Assembly (NCBI GenBank): GCA_947449035.1
Contig: CANFQC010000007.1
Location: 475 to 64,474, forward strand
Source of the DNA: Actinomycetota bacterium
GTDB lineage: Bacteria > Actinomycetota > Actinomycetes > S36-B12
Direction of reading: 5' to 3'
DNA: 64,000 nucleotides
Shown: positions 23,942 to 33,185 of the stretch, piece after piece
Layout of the letters: each line of letters begins with the position of its first letter
How positions within the stretch are numbered: position 1 is the first letter of the stretch
Position numbers and translations under genes: made by a program
Notes under the pieces: generated by a model
Databases searched by the model: none
Told to the model about the DNA's origin: nothing
The model's input: the letters and a program-made list of their open reading frames with translations, nothing else

Positions 23942-25102
23942 GTGAGCGAGCAGCCTGATTCCGCGCCTCGCGTCGGCATGGTCGGCGGTGGCCAGTTAGC
24001 TCGCATGTCGGCAGCGCCGGCCGCCGCGCTCGGTATCGGATTTCGAGTCCTTGCGGCCTCCGAAAGTGAGTCCGCAGCCCAGGTCGTGAACGACGTCTTC
24101 GTCGGCTCGCACGACTCCATCGACGACTTGAAGCGCTTTGCGCAGGGTCTCGACGTGATCACGTTTGATCACGAACATGTTCCACCCGCGTATCTCGAGC
24201 AGCTAGAGGCCATGGGCGTAGCCGTGCGGCCGGGTCCGTCCGCCCTTTTCCACGCACAGGACAAGCTGCACATGCGCCGCGCGCTCAGCGATGCGGGAAT
24301 TCCGTGCCCCGCATGGGCAGAGATTCACGACGTGCGAGGCGTCGCTGACTTCGCGGAAGTTGTCAGCTGGCCGATGGTGCTCAAGACATCGCGTGGCGGA
24401 TACGACGGCAAGGGCGTGTGGGTCGTCAATTCCCTCGACGAAGCCGAGAGGGTCATCGCACTTCCGCTTCCGGCGGGTGCTGCATGGCTTGCGGAGCAGT
24501 GCATTGATTTCGTGCAAGAGCTGTCGGCGCAAGTTGCGCGTTCGCCGCACGGTCAGGCGGTGGCGTATCCGATTGTGCGCACCGTGCAGGCCAACGGAAT
24601 CTGCGCAGAGGTCATCGCGCCAGCACCTGGTCTTCCGAACGAGCGCGCAGTTCAGGCGCAGCGCATCGCGCTGCAGATCGCGCAGGACCTGAATGTCACC
24701 GGCATGCTCGCCGTCGAACTCTTCGACGATGGCTATGACCTCTATGTCAACGAGCTCGCGATGCGCCCGCACAACTCGGGCCACTGGAGCATCGAGGGTG
24801 CGGTCACGAGTCAGTTCGAGAATCACCTGCGCGCAGTTCTCGACCTTCCGCTCGGCAGCCCCGCACTCAAGGCGCAGCACGCCGTGATGGTCAACATCCT
24901 CGGCGGCGACGTCGGTGACCTGTATTCGGCCTACAAGCACGTGATGGCTCGTGACCCCGGCCTCAAGGTGCACCTCTACGGCAAGGCCGTGCGTCCCGGA
25001 CGCAAGGTCGGTCACGTGACCGTGCTGGGCAACGACCTCGATGACCTGCTGACCAGGGGCCGTCATGCGGCCGATTACTTCTCAGGCAGAATTGACGAAT
25101 AG
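23942..25102 (+). CDS. purK: 5-(carboxyamino)imidazole ribonucleotide synthase
   Basis: ATP-grasp PurK pattern: [32 protein letters not shown]. Confidence 0.92.
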   Translation: MSEQPDSAPRVGMVGGGQLARMSAAPAAALGIGFRVLAASESESAAQVVNDVFVGSHDSIDDLKRFAQGLDVITFDHEHVPPAYLEQLEAMGVAVRPGPSALFHAQDKLHMRRALSDAGIPCPAWAEIHDVRGVADFAEVVSWPMVLKTSRGGYDGKGVWVVNSLDEAERVIALPLPAGAAWLAEQCIDFVQELSAQVARSPHGQAVAYPIVRTVQANGICAEVIAPAPGLPNERAVQAQRIALQIAQDLNVTGMLAVELFDDGYDLYVNELAMRPHNSGHWSIEGAVTSQFENHLRAVLDLPLGSPALKAQHAVMVNILGGDVGDLYSAYKHVMARDPGLKVHLYGKAVRPGRKVGHVTVLGNDLDDLLTRGRHAADYFSGRIDE

Positions 25103-25121
25103 TCATCCGACAGGAGATCCC

Positions 25122-25631
25122 ATGAGCGGCACCACCTCTGCAGCAGGCGCACCTCTCGTCGGCATTGTCATGGGCAGTGATTCCGACTGGCCGGTCATGC
25201 AGGCCGCGGCAGACGCCCTCGAGGAATTCGGCATCGCATTCGAGGCCAGCGTTGTCTCTGCGCACCGCATGCCGCAAGAGATGGTCGACTACGGGAACTC
25301 TGCTGTCGCTCGCGGTCTCAAGGTCATCATTGCCGGCGCGGGAGGCGCAGCGCATCTCCCTGGCATGCTGGCCTCGCTCACCCCGATTCCCGTGATTGGC
25401 GTACCTGTTGCCGTCGGCACCCTTGATGGCATGGATTCGCTGCTGTCGATCGTGCAGATGCCGGCCGGCGTACCTGTGGCCACGGTTGCCATCGGAAATG
25501 CACGCAACGCTGGACTCCTGGCTGCTCGAATCCTCGGAGTTGCCGATGACGAGCTTCGCGAGGCGATGGTGACCTTCCAGGCCGATCTCAATGCGGCGGC
25601 AAAGGCCAAGGGCCAGAACCTCTCGCGTTAG
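25122..25631 (+). CDS. purE: 5-(carboxyamino)imidazole ribonucleotide mutase
   Basis: [30 protein letters not shown]. Start re-picked at ATG 25122. Confidence 0.93.
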   Translation: MSGTTSAAGAPLVGIVMGSDSDWPVMQAAADALEEFGIAFEASVVSAHRMPQEMVDYGNSAVARGLKVIIAGAGGAAHLPGMLASLTPIPVIGVPVAVGTLDGMDSLLSIVQMPAGVPVATVAIGNARNAGLLAARILGVADDELREAMVTFQADLNAAAKAKGQNLSR

Positions 25632-25642
25632 TCGCTCCTCCG

Positions 25643-26806
25643 ATGAAGCCACCAGCACTTCGCGCTATGTCGAGGGATGAAAACGGAGTCCGCGTCAGCT
25701 GGTTCGAGCTGTTCTATGACCTGGTCGTCGTCGCGAGCGTGAGTCACGGAAGTCATCTTTTCGGCGAACACCCGTCGTGGGGAATGGGTACTTGGCTTGC
25801 CGCCAGCTTGGTGCTGCTGATGACCTTCTGGCTTCTCACGATGGTGAGTCACAATCTTTATCCAGGTGACGATGTCGTGCGGCGATTCTTGATCATCGTC
25901 CAGATGGTGGCGCTAGTTGTCGCCTCACTCTCACTAGGTCGCGGGGACGAGGGGCTTCCTGACTCTGTGGGATTCACCGCTCTCGCTATTGGCTTCTTGT
26001 CCCTCGCGCTTGTGTTCTGGCGATGCGGCCGGCAGTACCCCACAACTTCATCGGCGGCACGTGTGCTTACGTCCTCGTCAATCCTCGCAGCAGTGGTCAT
26101 GGCCGTTGGAGCATTACTTCCGTCCAACGGTGCAGTGCTCTCCAACCCGATTACCTGGGCGTTCAGCATCGGATTGTTGTGCGGGATCCTTCCGCTGCTC
26201 TTCATCGTGCTGAATCACCGCACAACATCCGAGAAGATCAATACTGAGCACCTAAGCGAGCGCATGGGTCAGCTCGTGCTCATCGTTCTGGGCGAGTCAT
26301 TTGTCAGCCTGATCTTCAGCCTGAACGGCATGTCGCGGATCCCGAACCCCTGGTACTTCTTGCTCGACTTCATCGTCGTGCTCGCGATCTGGACTCTGTA
26401 CTTCACCGGCGTGCTTCCGGCAGGCGTGCCTGCCACGGCGGGCAGGCTTCGAGCCTGGCTCGGCCTGCATGTGCTCCTTATCTTCGGTGCGATCGCGACA
26501 GCGGGCGGATTCGCTGCCCTGACGTTGATTCCGTTCTCGACTGTGCCGACAGCGCAGGGGTACTGGACACCGTTGCCGCTCTTCTACGTGATGCTCGGAC
26601 TTCTGGGGCTCTCGTTCCTCAGTCGCCGACCGAAAGCCGTTCTGGTGAGTGACACGATCATCGTGTTACTGCTGGCTGCGCTCTCCGCGCTGGCTCTTTG
26701 GGTGATTCCGGACGAAGCGCGCTGGCTCACCCTGGTCGGTGCGGCGCTGATCGTCATTGACGCGGCCCTGAGTGCAGCACCTTCGCGGAAGCGACTAGGC
26801 GCTTAG
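25643..26806 (+). CDS. Low-temperature-requirement A (LtrA)-family membrane protein
   Basis: SWFELFYDLVVVASV N-terminal signature and about 10 TM segments. Confidence 0.72.
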   Translation: MKPPALRAMSRDENGVRVSWFELFYDLVVVASVSHGSHLFGEHPSWGMGTWLAASLVLLMTFWLLTMVSHNLYPGDDVVRRFLIIVQMVALVVASLSLGRGDEGLPDSVGFTALAIGFLSLALVFWRCGRQYPTTSSAARVLTSSSILAAVVMAVGALLPSNGAVLSNPITWAFSIGLLCGILPLLFIVLNHRTTSEKINTEHLSERMGQLVLIVLGESFVSLIFSLNGMSRIPNPWYFLLDFIVVLAIWTLYFTGVLPAGVPATAGRLRAWLGLHVLLIFGAIATAGGFAALTLIPFSTVPTAQGYWTPLPLFYVMLGLLGLSFLSRRPKAVLVSDTIIVLLLAALSALALWVIPDEARWLTLVGAALIVIDAALSAAPSRKRLGA

Positions 26807-27210
26807 TTGCGCGACCATTCGATCGCGGGGCAGCGATCCATGATCATCGTCACGCCGGCATCCTCGACCCGCTGTGCGGCGTCGTAATCGATGACATCGA
26901 GTTGGAACCAGACCGCCTTAGCCCCGGCGGCAACGGCCTGATCGGCGAACTCGCCAGCGCGCGAGGAGTTCACGAACATGTCGACGACGTCAGGTGCGCC
27001 GTGCACTGCGGCCGCCTCAGCGATGGTGGCGAATCCCTGTTCGCCATGGACAACCTCGGCGCGCGGATAGATCGGAATCACGCGCTTGCCATGTGACTGG
27101 ATCACCTTTGCTACGCCGTAAGCCACTCGATCCGGATTCTCGCCGAGTCCGACGACGAACCACAAGCTGGAGTCATCGAGCACCTCGCGAATGCGGTCGG
27201 GCTCGTTCAT
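26803..27210 (-). CDS. CoA-binding domain protein (YccU-like)
   Basis: VVGLGENPDRVAYGVAK...RVIPIYPR...VDMFVNS pattern. The ATG overlaps the stop of ugd (ATGA). Confidence 0.75.
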   Translation of the reverse strand: MNEPDRIREVLDDSSLWFVVGLGENPDRVAYGVAKVIQSHGKRVIPIYPRAEVVHGEQGFATIAEAAAVHGAPDVVDMFVNSSRAGEFADQAVAAGAKAVWFQLDVIDYDAAQRVEDAGVTMIMDRCPAIEWSRN

Positions 27211-28520
27211 GCGGTCGGACGCCCGAGTGCGCGGTAACTCCAGCCGGCCGCCCGCCACTTCGCGGGGTCGAGGGTGTTACGCGCGTCGATCACATGAAGG
27301 GAAGTCGCCACGGCGGCAACCTCCGCTGGGTCGAGTTCGCGGTACTCACGCCACTCGGTGAGATGCAGTACGAGCTCGGCTTCAGCCAGCGCTGTCATGA
27401 CGTCCTGTTCATATCCGAGCTTCGGGTAAATGCGCGCGGCATTGGCAAGCGCCTTCGGGTCATGCACTGTGACATTGCCGCCTTCATTGTGAATGGTTGC
27501 TGCCACCGCGAGTGAGGGCGAATCGCGAACATCGTCGCTGTCAGGCTTGAATGCGGCTCCGAGTACGACGACCTTCTTGCCATCGAAGCTTCCGCCCACT
27601 GCTGCACGGGCGAGATCGACAGTATGCGCGCGACGGCGAAGGTTGATCTGGTCGACCTCGCGAAGGAAGGTCAGTGCCTCCTCGGCGCCGATCTCGCCAG
27701 CGCGGGCCATGAAGGCGCGAATGTCCTTGGGCAGGCAACCGCCGCCGAAGCCCAGGCCTGCTGCGAGGAAACGATTGCCGATGCGCGGGTCGTGGCCAAT
27801 GGCCTCAGCGAGCTTCGTGACATCGGCACCGGCTGCCTCGCAGACCTCTGCCATGGCGTTGATGAACGAGATCTTCGTGGCGAGGAAGGAGTTCGCGGCA
27901 ACCTTGACGAGCTCTGCGGTGGGGAAGTCGGTGACGAGGAACGGAATGCCCTCGGCAAGAAGCGGCGCGTACACCTCGCGGAGGATCTGCTCACTTCGCT
28001 CGGAGCGCACCCCGACGACGAGACGATCGGGGTGCAGGGTGTCCTCGACTGCGAAGCCCTCGCGCAGGAACTCCGGGTTCCAGGCCACTTCGACACCAGG
28101 GACCGAGGCGAGATTGGTGGCAATGGTGTCGGCGGTACCCACGGGCACCGTTGACTTGCCGACGACAAGATCACCGGACTTCAGATGCGGGGTCAGAGCT
28201 GCGACAGAACCGAAGACCTGGGTCATGTCAGCGGCATGGGAACCTGCCTGCTGCGGCGTGCCGACGCAGATGAAGTGCACATTCGCGAAGGATCCGGCCT
28301 CCTCGAAGCTGGTCGTGAAGCTCAGGCGGCCCGCCTCGATGTTGCGGGCCAGCACCTCGTCGAGCCCGGGCTCGTAGAAGGGCACCCGACCGCTCTTGAG
28401 CAACTCGACCTTGGCCGGATCGACATCGACCCCGATGACCTCGAAACCGAGTTCAGCCATGCACGCGGCATGGGTCGCGCCGAGGTAGCCGGTGCCGATA
28501 ACGGAGAGACGGTGAGCCAT
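27207..28520 (-). CDS. ugd: UDP-glucose 6-dehydrogenase
   Basis: GTGYLGATHAACMAELG Rossmann fold, GFGGGCLPKD catalytic Cys loop and a C-terminal UDP-binding domain. Confidence 0.92.
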   Translation of the reverse strand: MAHRLSVIGTGYLGATHAACMAELGFEVIGVDVDPAKVELLKSGRVPFYEPGLDEVLARNIEAGRLSFTTSFEEAGSFANVHFICVGTPQQAGSHAADMTQVFGSVAALTPHLKSGDLVVGKSTVPVGTADTIATNLASVPGVEVAWNPEFLREGFAVEDTLHPDRLVVGVRSERSEQILREVYAPLLAEGIPFLVTDFPTAELVKVAANSFLATKISFINAMAEVCEAAGADVTKLAEAIGHDPRIGNRFLAAGLGFGGGCLPKDIRAFMARAGEIGAEEALTFLREVDQINLRRRAHTVDLARAAVGGSFDGKKVVVLGAAFKPDSDDVRDSPSLAVAATIHNEGGNVTVHDPKALANAARIYPKLGYEQDVMTALAEAELVLHLTEWREYRELDPAEVAAVATSLHVIDARNTLDPAKWRAAGWSYRALGRPTA

Positions 28521-28605
28521 GTCGCAAGGCTATCGGGGCAGCGTCGCCCCTGAACGTCTACGCTGTTCCTGTAACTGTGGTGTCTGACAAGTTTTGAGGA
28601 GCATC

Positions 28606-29781
28606 GTGGGCCTGGCCGCCAATCCGGACTTCACCCTTTTCGCCCTACCGGAGGAGCATCAGGCACTGCGTGAGGCAGTGGCCCAGTTCGCCGACGAGAA
28701 GGTGGCCCCTCGGGCGGCAGATATCGACGAGACCGGCATCTTCCCCCGCGACGTCTACGACGCTCTCGTGGCAGCCGACTTCCATGCCATTCACATCCCC
28801 GAGGAGTTCGGCGGACAAGGTGGCGACGCCCTCGCGGCATGCCTGGTGATCGAAGAGCTCTCCCGCGTCTGTGCCTCCACCGGCCTACTGCCCGCCGTGA
28901 ACAAGCTGGGCACACTTCCTTTGATGATCGCGGCTGACGACGACCTGCTTCAGCGTTACTTGCCGCAGGTCGCCTCGGGTGAGGCGATGTTCTCGTACGC
29001 ATTGAGTGAGCGAGAAGCCGGCAGTGATGCAGCCTCGATGACAACCCGTGCTGTCGCCGATGGCGATGCCTGGGTGCTCAACGGCCAGAAGAGCTGGATC
29101 AGCAACGCAGGTGAGTCGACCTACTACACCGTCATGGCAGTAACTGATCCGTCTGCTGGACCGCGCGGAATCTCGGCTTTTGTTGTGCACGCTGATGACG
29201 AGGGCTTCGCGCTCGGCACACCGGAACGCAAGCTCGGCATCCACGGCTCACCGACCCGCGAGATCTTGTTCGACAACTGTCGTATTCCGGCCAATCGCAT
29301 CGTCGGCGAGCCGGGCACCGGCTTCAAGACCGCTATGAGCACCCTCGATCACACCCGCATCACCATCGGTGCGCAGGCTCTCGGTATCGCACAGGGTGCA
29401 CTCAACGTTGCGACCGCCTACGCGAAGGATCGTCAGCAGTTCGGGAAGTCGATCTCGTCATTCCAGGCGATCCAGTTCATGCTCGCCGACATGGCGATGA
29501 AGATCGAGGCTGCACGTCAGCTCGTGTACGCCGCCGCGGCAAAGAGCGAGCGCGGCGACGCTGATCTCACCTTCTTCGGTGCGGCTGCCAAGTGCTTCGC
29601 TTCCGATGTCGCCATGGAGGTCACCACCGACGCCGTGCAGGTCCTGGGCGGCGCCGGCTACACCCGCGACTGGCCGGTTGAGCGATACATGCGCGATGCC
29701 AAGATCACCCAGATCTACGAGGGCACAAATCAGGTTCAGCGAATCGTGATGGCGAAGCAGTTGCTGTCCCGCATGAACTAA
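28606..29781 (+). CDS. Acyl-CoA dehydrogenase (FadE25-like)
   Basis: ALSEREAGSDA, QKSWISNAG and the C-terminal YEGTNQVQRIVMA. GTG 28606 gives the conserved N-terminus. The ORF track starts 12 nt earlier, at a TTG. Confidence 0.92.
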   Translation: MGLAANPDFTLFALPEEHQALREAVAQFADEKVAPRAADIDETGIFPRDVYDALVAADFHAIHIPEEFGGQGGDALAACLVIEELSRVCASTGLLPAVNKLGTLPLMIAADDDLLQRYLPQVASGEAMFSYALSEREAGSDAASMTTRAVADGDAWVLNGQKSWISNAGESTYYTVMAVTDPSAGPRGISAFVVHADDEGFALGTPERKLGIHGSPTREILFDNCRIPANRIVGEPGTGFKTAMSTLDHTRITIGAQALGIAQGALNVATAYAKDRQQFGKSISSFQAIQFMLADMAMKIEAARQLVYAAAAKSERGDADLTFFGAAAKCFASDVAMEVTTDAVQVLGGAGYTRDWPVERYMRDAKITQIYEGTNQVQRIVMAKQLLSRMN

Positions 29782-29804
29782 GTCGCCGCCGTTACAGTGA
29801 ACCC

Positions 29805-31271
29805 GTGACTGCGCACCCGTTGACGCCGCCCGCATGGCCGGCGGGAGTCCGGGTTCGGCACAAGGGCTCTTCCTGGCGGATCGATCTCCCTGGGGTGCAT
29901 GCACTTCAGGAATGCACAGGCCGGGCTGCCGGCGCCGCTCAGGTATCTGAGCTGGAGGTACGACTCGGCACCTGGAAGCCGCCGAAGAACTGGACGGGCA
30001 CCCCAGAACTTGCCGAGGTGGCCTCTGTCGATCTCAAGGCCAAGGGTGACGGTGTTCGTCTCCGCCTTTCATTCGCTCCCATGGTCGACGCGTCGGTAGC
30101 GCTGGGTGCGGCTGTCCGGATGCTGCGACCAGTCCTGCCGTTGAATCATTATCCGAGCGTGGCTGTCGGACTCTCGGCACGTGAGCGCGTTGCTGCGCTC
30201 GCCGGTTGTGTCAATACAGCTCCAGGGCGCAATGCGGACCTGGTGATTGACGCGGCCGACTGGGATGTTGACCCGACCATTCACCGCCCGGTCGGTCGAC
30301 GATCAGATATCCCAGCACGCGTCATTCCACTTCCTGACTGTGGCGCCGAACTGACCTCCGTTGATGCGGCGGCATTGCGCACCACCACCGGCATCATCGC
30401 GCCCGAGATTAATTCGCGACTGCGCCATCAGTTCGAAGCGTGTGGCCTCGTGGTGCGGGGCGCGGCAAGCGAATTCCCCGCCTCAGACGATGTGCTGGGC
30501 TGGCAAGTGGATTCCGTGCGTTCACGCCGACATGCTCTGCGCTCTCAGACGCCGGCTGCACGCCTAAACGATTGGCCCTCTGTCTCGGCTGTGCTGCTCA
30601 CCCATCGTGGCGATTTCCTTGAGCACGCAATGAAGCAGATGGCTAACCTCACCTATCCGCGCCTGGAGATCGTGCTGGCTCTGCACGGTGATCAGGTGAG
30701 TGAAGAGCAAGTAGCCCGCGCTATCTCCGAGCACCCGCACTCTGTGCGCGTGTTACGTATTGGCGCAGATGTCATCTTCGGCACAGCGATGCAGCTGGCC
30801 TGTGAATTCGCAGACGGGCAATTGATCACCAAGGTCGACGACGATGACTGCTACGGGCCAGAGCATGTATGGGATCTCGTACTGGCGCGCATGTACTCGT
30901 CGGCCCAAGTCACGGGTAAGGCCCTCGATTTTATTCGCATCGAATCCGCCGACATTACGGTTTTTCGCCCGGCCTACGGTGCCGAGAAGTTCGCGGATTT
31001 CGTCGCAGGCGGCACGATGCTCCTCTCGCGGGCCGATCTTGAGCAGATCGGCGGCTGGCGTCCGATGGAAAGGCACATTGACAGGGGCCTACTCGATGCT
31101 TTCCTTGAAGCAGGTGCCCTCGTCTACCGCACTACGGGGCTTGGATACATCTATGTACGGCGAGGTTCTGGTCATACCGCCAATGTCAGTGACGAGCATT
31201 TCCTGACGAAGAACGCGTTCTCCTGGCCGGGCCTGCTGTCTCATCCTGAATTCGGCACCAGCCATGAGTAG
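29805..31271 (+). CDS. Glycosyltransferase family 2 domain protein with an N-terminal extension of about 265 aa and unknown function
   Basis: The C-terminal half has the GT-A pattern (VSAVLLTH...YPRLEIVLALHGD...KVDDDDCYGPEH). I recognise nothing in the N-terminal half. Confidence 0.65.
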   Translation: MTAHPLTPPAWPAGVRVRHKGSSWRIDLPGVHALQECTGRAAGAAQVSELEVRLGTWKPPKNWTGTPELAEVASVDLKAKGDGVRLRLSFAPMVDASVALGAAVRMLRPVLPLNHYPSVAVGLSARERVAALAGCVNTAPGRNADLVIDAADWDVDPTIHRPVGRRSDIPARVIPLPDCGAELTSVDAAALRTTTGIIAPEINSRLRHQFEACGLVVRGAASEFPASDDVLGWQVDSVRSRRHALRSQTPAARLNDWPSVSAVLLTHRGDFLEHAMKQMANLTYPRLEIVLALHGDQVSEEQVARAISEHPHSVRVLRIGADVIFGTAMQLACEFADGQLITKVDDDDCYGPEHVWDLVLARMYSSAQVTGKALDFIRIESADITVFRPAYGAEKFADFVAGGTMLLSRADLEQIGGWRPMERHIDRGLLDAFLEAGALVYRTTGLGYIYVRRGSGHTANVSDEHFLTKNAFSWPGLLSHPEFGTSHE

Positions 31272-32268
31272 CGCACCTGCAGTCAGTGTGATCATGCCGG
31301 TGATCAATGAAGAGCTTCATCTCGCTGAGTCCGTCAATCGCATTCTTGCCCAGGAGTACGCGGGCTCACTCAACGTCGTGATCGCCGTCGGACCCTCGAA
31401 AGATCGCACGCGTGAGGTCGCTGAAGAGTTGCAACGTGCGAGTGATCGAGTCACTGTTGTCGAGAATCCGACCGGTCGAACCCCTGCTGGTTTGAATGCG
31501 GCTATTGCCGCTGCGACCGGTGATGTGATCGTTCGAGTCGACGGACACGCGATGATTCCCGTCGATTACGTGGCGATCGCGGTCGAGACCCTCGAGCGCA
31601 CCGGAGCTGACAACGTCGGCGGGATCATGGCGGCCGAGGGGGTCACTGATTTCGGAGTGGCTGTTGCGCGCGCAATGACCTCTAAGTTCGGCGTGGGCGG
31701 AGCTTCCTTTCATGTCGGTGGTGGTGAAGGACCCGCACTCACCGTGTATTTGGGTACCTTCCGTCGCAGTGCACTCGACCGAGTCGGGGGTTACGACGAG
31801 ACCATGGTTCGTGCGCAGGACTGGGAGATGAACCTGCGAATCCGAGAGACCGGTGGCTTGATCTGGTTCACCCCTGCGATGCTCGTGACCTATCGCCCTC
31901 GCGCGACCGTAGGTGCACTAGCCCGTCAGTATCACGATTACGGTCGCTGGCGGCGCGAAGTCGTGCGTCGTTATCCCGACACCTTGTCGCTTCGTTATCT
32001 CGCTGCACCCGTTGCCGTGGCAGCGATCTGTGTGGGGCTCATCCTCGTCGTTCTCGGACTCGTCCTCGGGCAGAATTGGATGACCATCCTTGGGTTGATC
32101 CCGCCTGTCGGATACGCGCTCGCGAACCTGCTGGCCAGTGTCGCTAGTGCGTTAAGTTCACCGCGACTTTCGTGGCGATCTGCACTGTGCCTGCCAATGG
32201 TCTACGGCACGATGCACCTGACCTGGGGCGCAGGATTTCTGCGCGGCGGAGCGGGACGGGATTCCTGA
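31264..32268 (+). CDS. Glycosyltransferase family 2, membrane-associated (C-terminal TM segments)
   Basis: VSVIMPVINEE, RVDGH and QDWEMNLR are present. Two or three hydrophobic helices lie at the C-terminus. Overlaps the upstream gene by 8 nt. Confidence 0.8.
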   Translation: MSSAPAVSVIMPVINEELHLAESVNRILAQEYAGSLNVVIAVGPSKDRTREVAEELQRASDRVTVVENPTGRTPAGLNAAIAAATGDVIVRVDGHAMIPVDYVAIAVETLERTGADNVGGIMAAEGVTDFGVAVARAMTSKFGVGGASFHVGGGEGPALTVYLGTFRRSALDRVGGYDETMVRAQDWEMNLRIRETGGLIWFTPAMLVTYRPRATVGALARQYHDYGRWRREVVRRYPDTLSLRYLAAPVAVAAICVGLILVVLGLVLGQNWMTILGLIPPVGYALANLLASVASALSSPRLSWRSALCLPMVYGTMHLTWGAGFLRGGAGRDS

Positions 32269-33185
32269 TGGCATGGTTTCGTCGCCGTCGACCGCTGCGG
32301 TGGGCTGTGGTCGTGTCCTCGCCGAGCGGTGAAGCAGGAGATCAGTGGGGTGACACCTGGTTTGCGCGCGATCTCATCGACGCACTGAACCGGCAAGGCC
32401 AAGAGGCTCGACTCGTCTACCGCGGTGGTGCTCAATCCGAAGCCCGAGACAAGGACGACGTCGTCCTCGTGCTGCGTGGACTGCGTCGGGTAACTCCGCG
32501 ACGCTCCGGAAATACCTGGCTGCTCTGGGTGATCTCTCATCCTGAACTCGTGGCGGATTCGGAGCTCGCCGAGTACGACGCGGCATTCGCAGCGAGTCCG
32601 ACATGGAAGACCGAGTCAGTCACGCCACTTCTCCAGGCAACTAACCCACAGCGCTTCACGCCGGATGCGGGAGCACCCGATTCAGGGGAGAAGTACCTGT
32701 TCGTCGGGTCCACTCGCGGGGAATACCGTCCCATCGTGCGTGACGCGATCGCGGCCGGTGTTCCGCTCGGGGTCTACGGCGTGGGATGGAGTGAGTTCAT
32801 TCCCGCCACATTCATTCGTGGCGAGTTCATGTCCAATCATGAGCTTCCTGCGGCTTATGCCTCTGCAGGCGTGGTGCTGAACGATCACTGGCGTGAGATG
32901 GCCGACGACGGCTTTCTCTCAAATCGTCTCTTTGATGCGGTTGCCAGCGGGGCGCGAGTCATCAGCGACGAAGCTGCAGGGCTGAAGGCCGTGTTCGGGG
33001 ATGCCGTGGTGACCTACTCATCGCCCGAAAGTCTCAGCGAGATTCTGAATGCACCATTGGAGCGGGCCTTCGCCGATCGTGCGCGGCGTTTAGAGCATGC
33101 GACGCGAATCGCTGCCGAGCACAGTTTCGATGCGAGGGCCGCTAACCTCATTGCCGCGGCGCAACGGATACGAGGTGCCGGGTGA
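32268..33185 (+). CDS. Glycosyltransferase, GT1-like C-terminal domain (CgeB / Glyco_trans_1_2-like)
   Basis: YLFVGSTRG...LNDHW...GFLSNRLFDAVASGARVISDE pattern. The ATG at 32268 overlaps the upstream TGA. Confidence 0.6.
   Translation: MAWFRRRRPLRWAVVVSSPSGEAGDQWGDTWFARDLIDALNRQGQEARLVYRGGAQSEARDKDDVVLVLRGLRRVTPRRSGNTWLLWVISHPELVADSELAEYDAAFAASPTWKTESVTPLLQATNPQRFTPDAGAPDSGEKYLFVGSTRGEYRPIVRDAIAAGVPLGVYGVGWSEFIPATFIRGEFMSNHELPAAYASAGVVLNDHWREMADDGFLSNRLFDAVASGARVISDEAAGLKAVFGDAVVTYSSPESLSEILNAPLERAFADRARRLEHATRIAAEHSFDARAANLIAAAQRIRGAG

Noticed and set aside
24203-25066. A 287-aa ORF antisense to purK.
   Set aside because: It is nested in purK with no motifs. It is a high-GC artefact.
25643-28520. 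LtrA, CoA-binding protein and ugd lying between purE and fadE25, considered as an insertion relative to the mycobacterial gene order.
   Set aside because: Composition looks native and no mobility signatures are present. The comparison also rests only on my memory of M. tuberculosis synteny. It is noted in the summary rather than reported as a finding.
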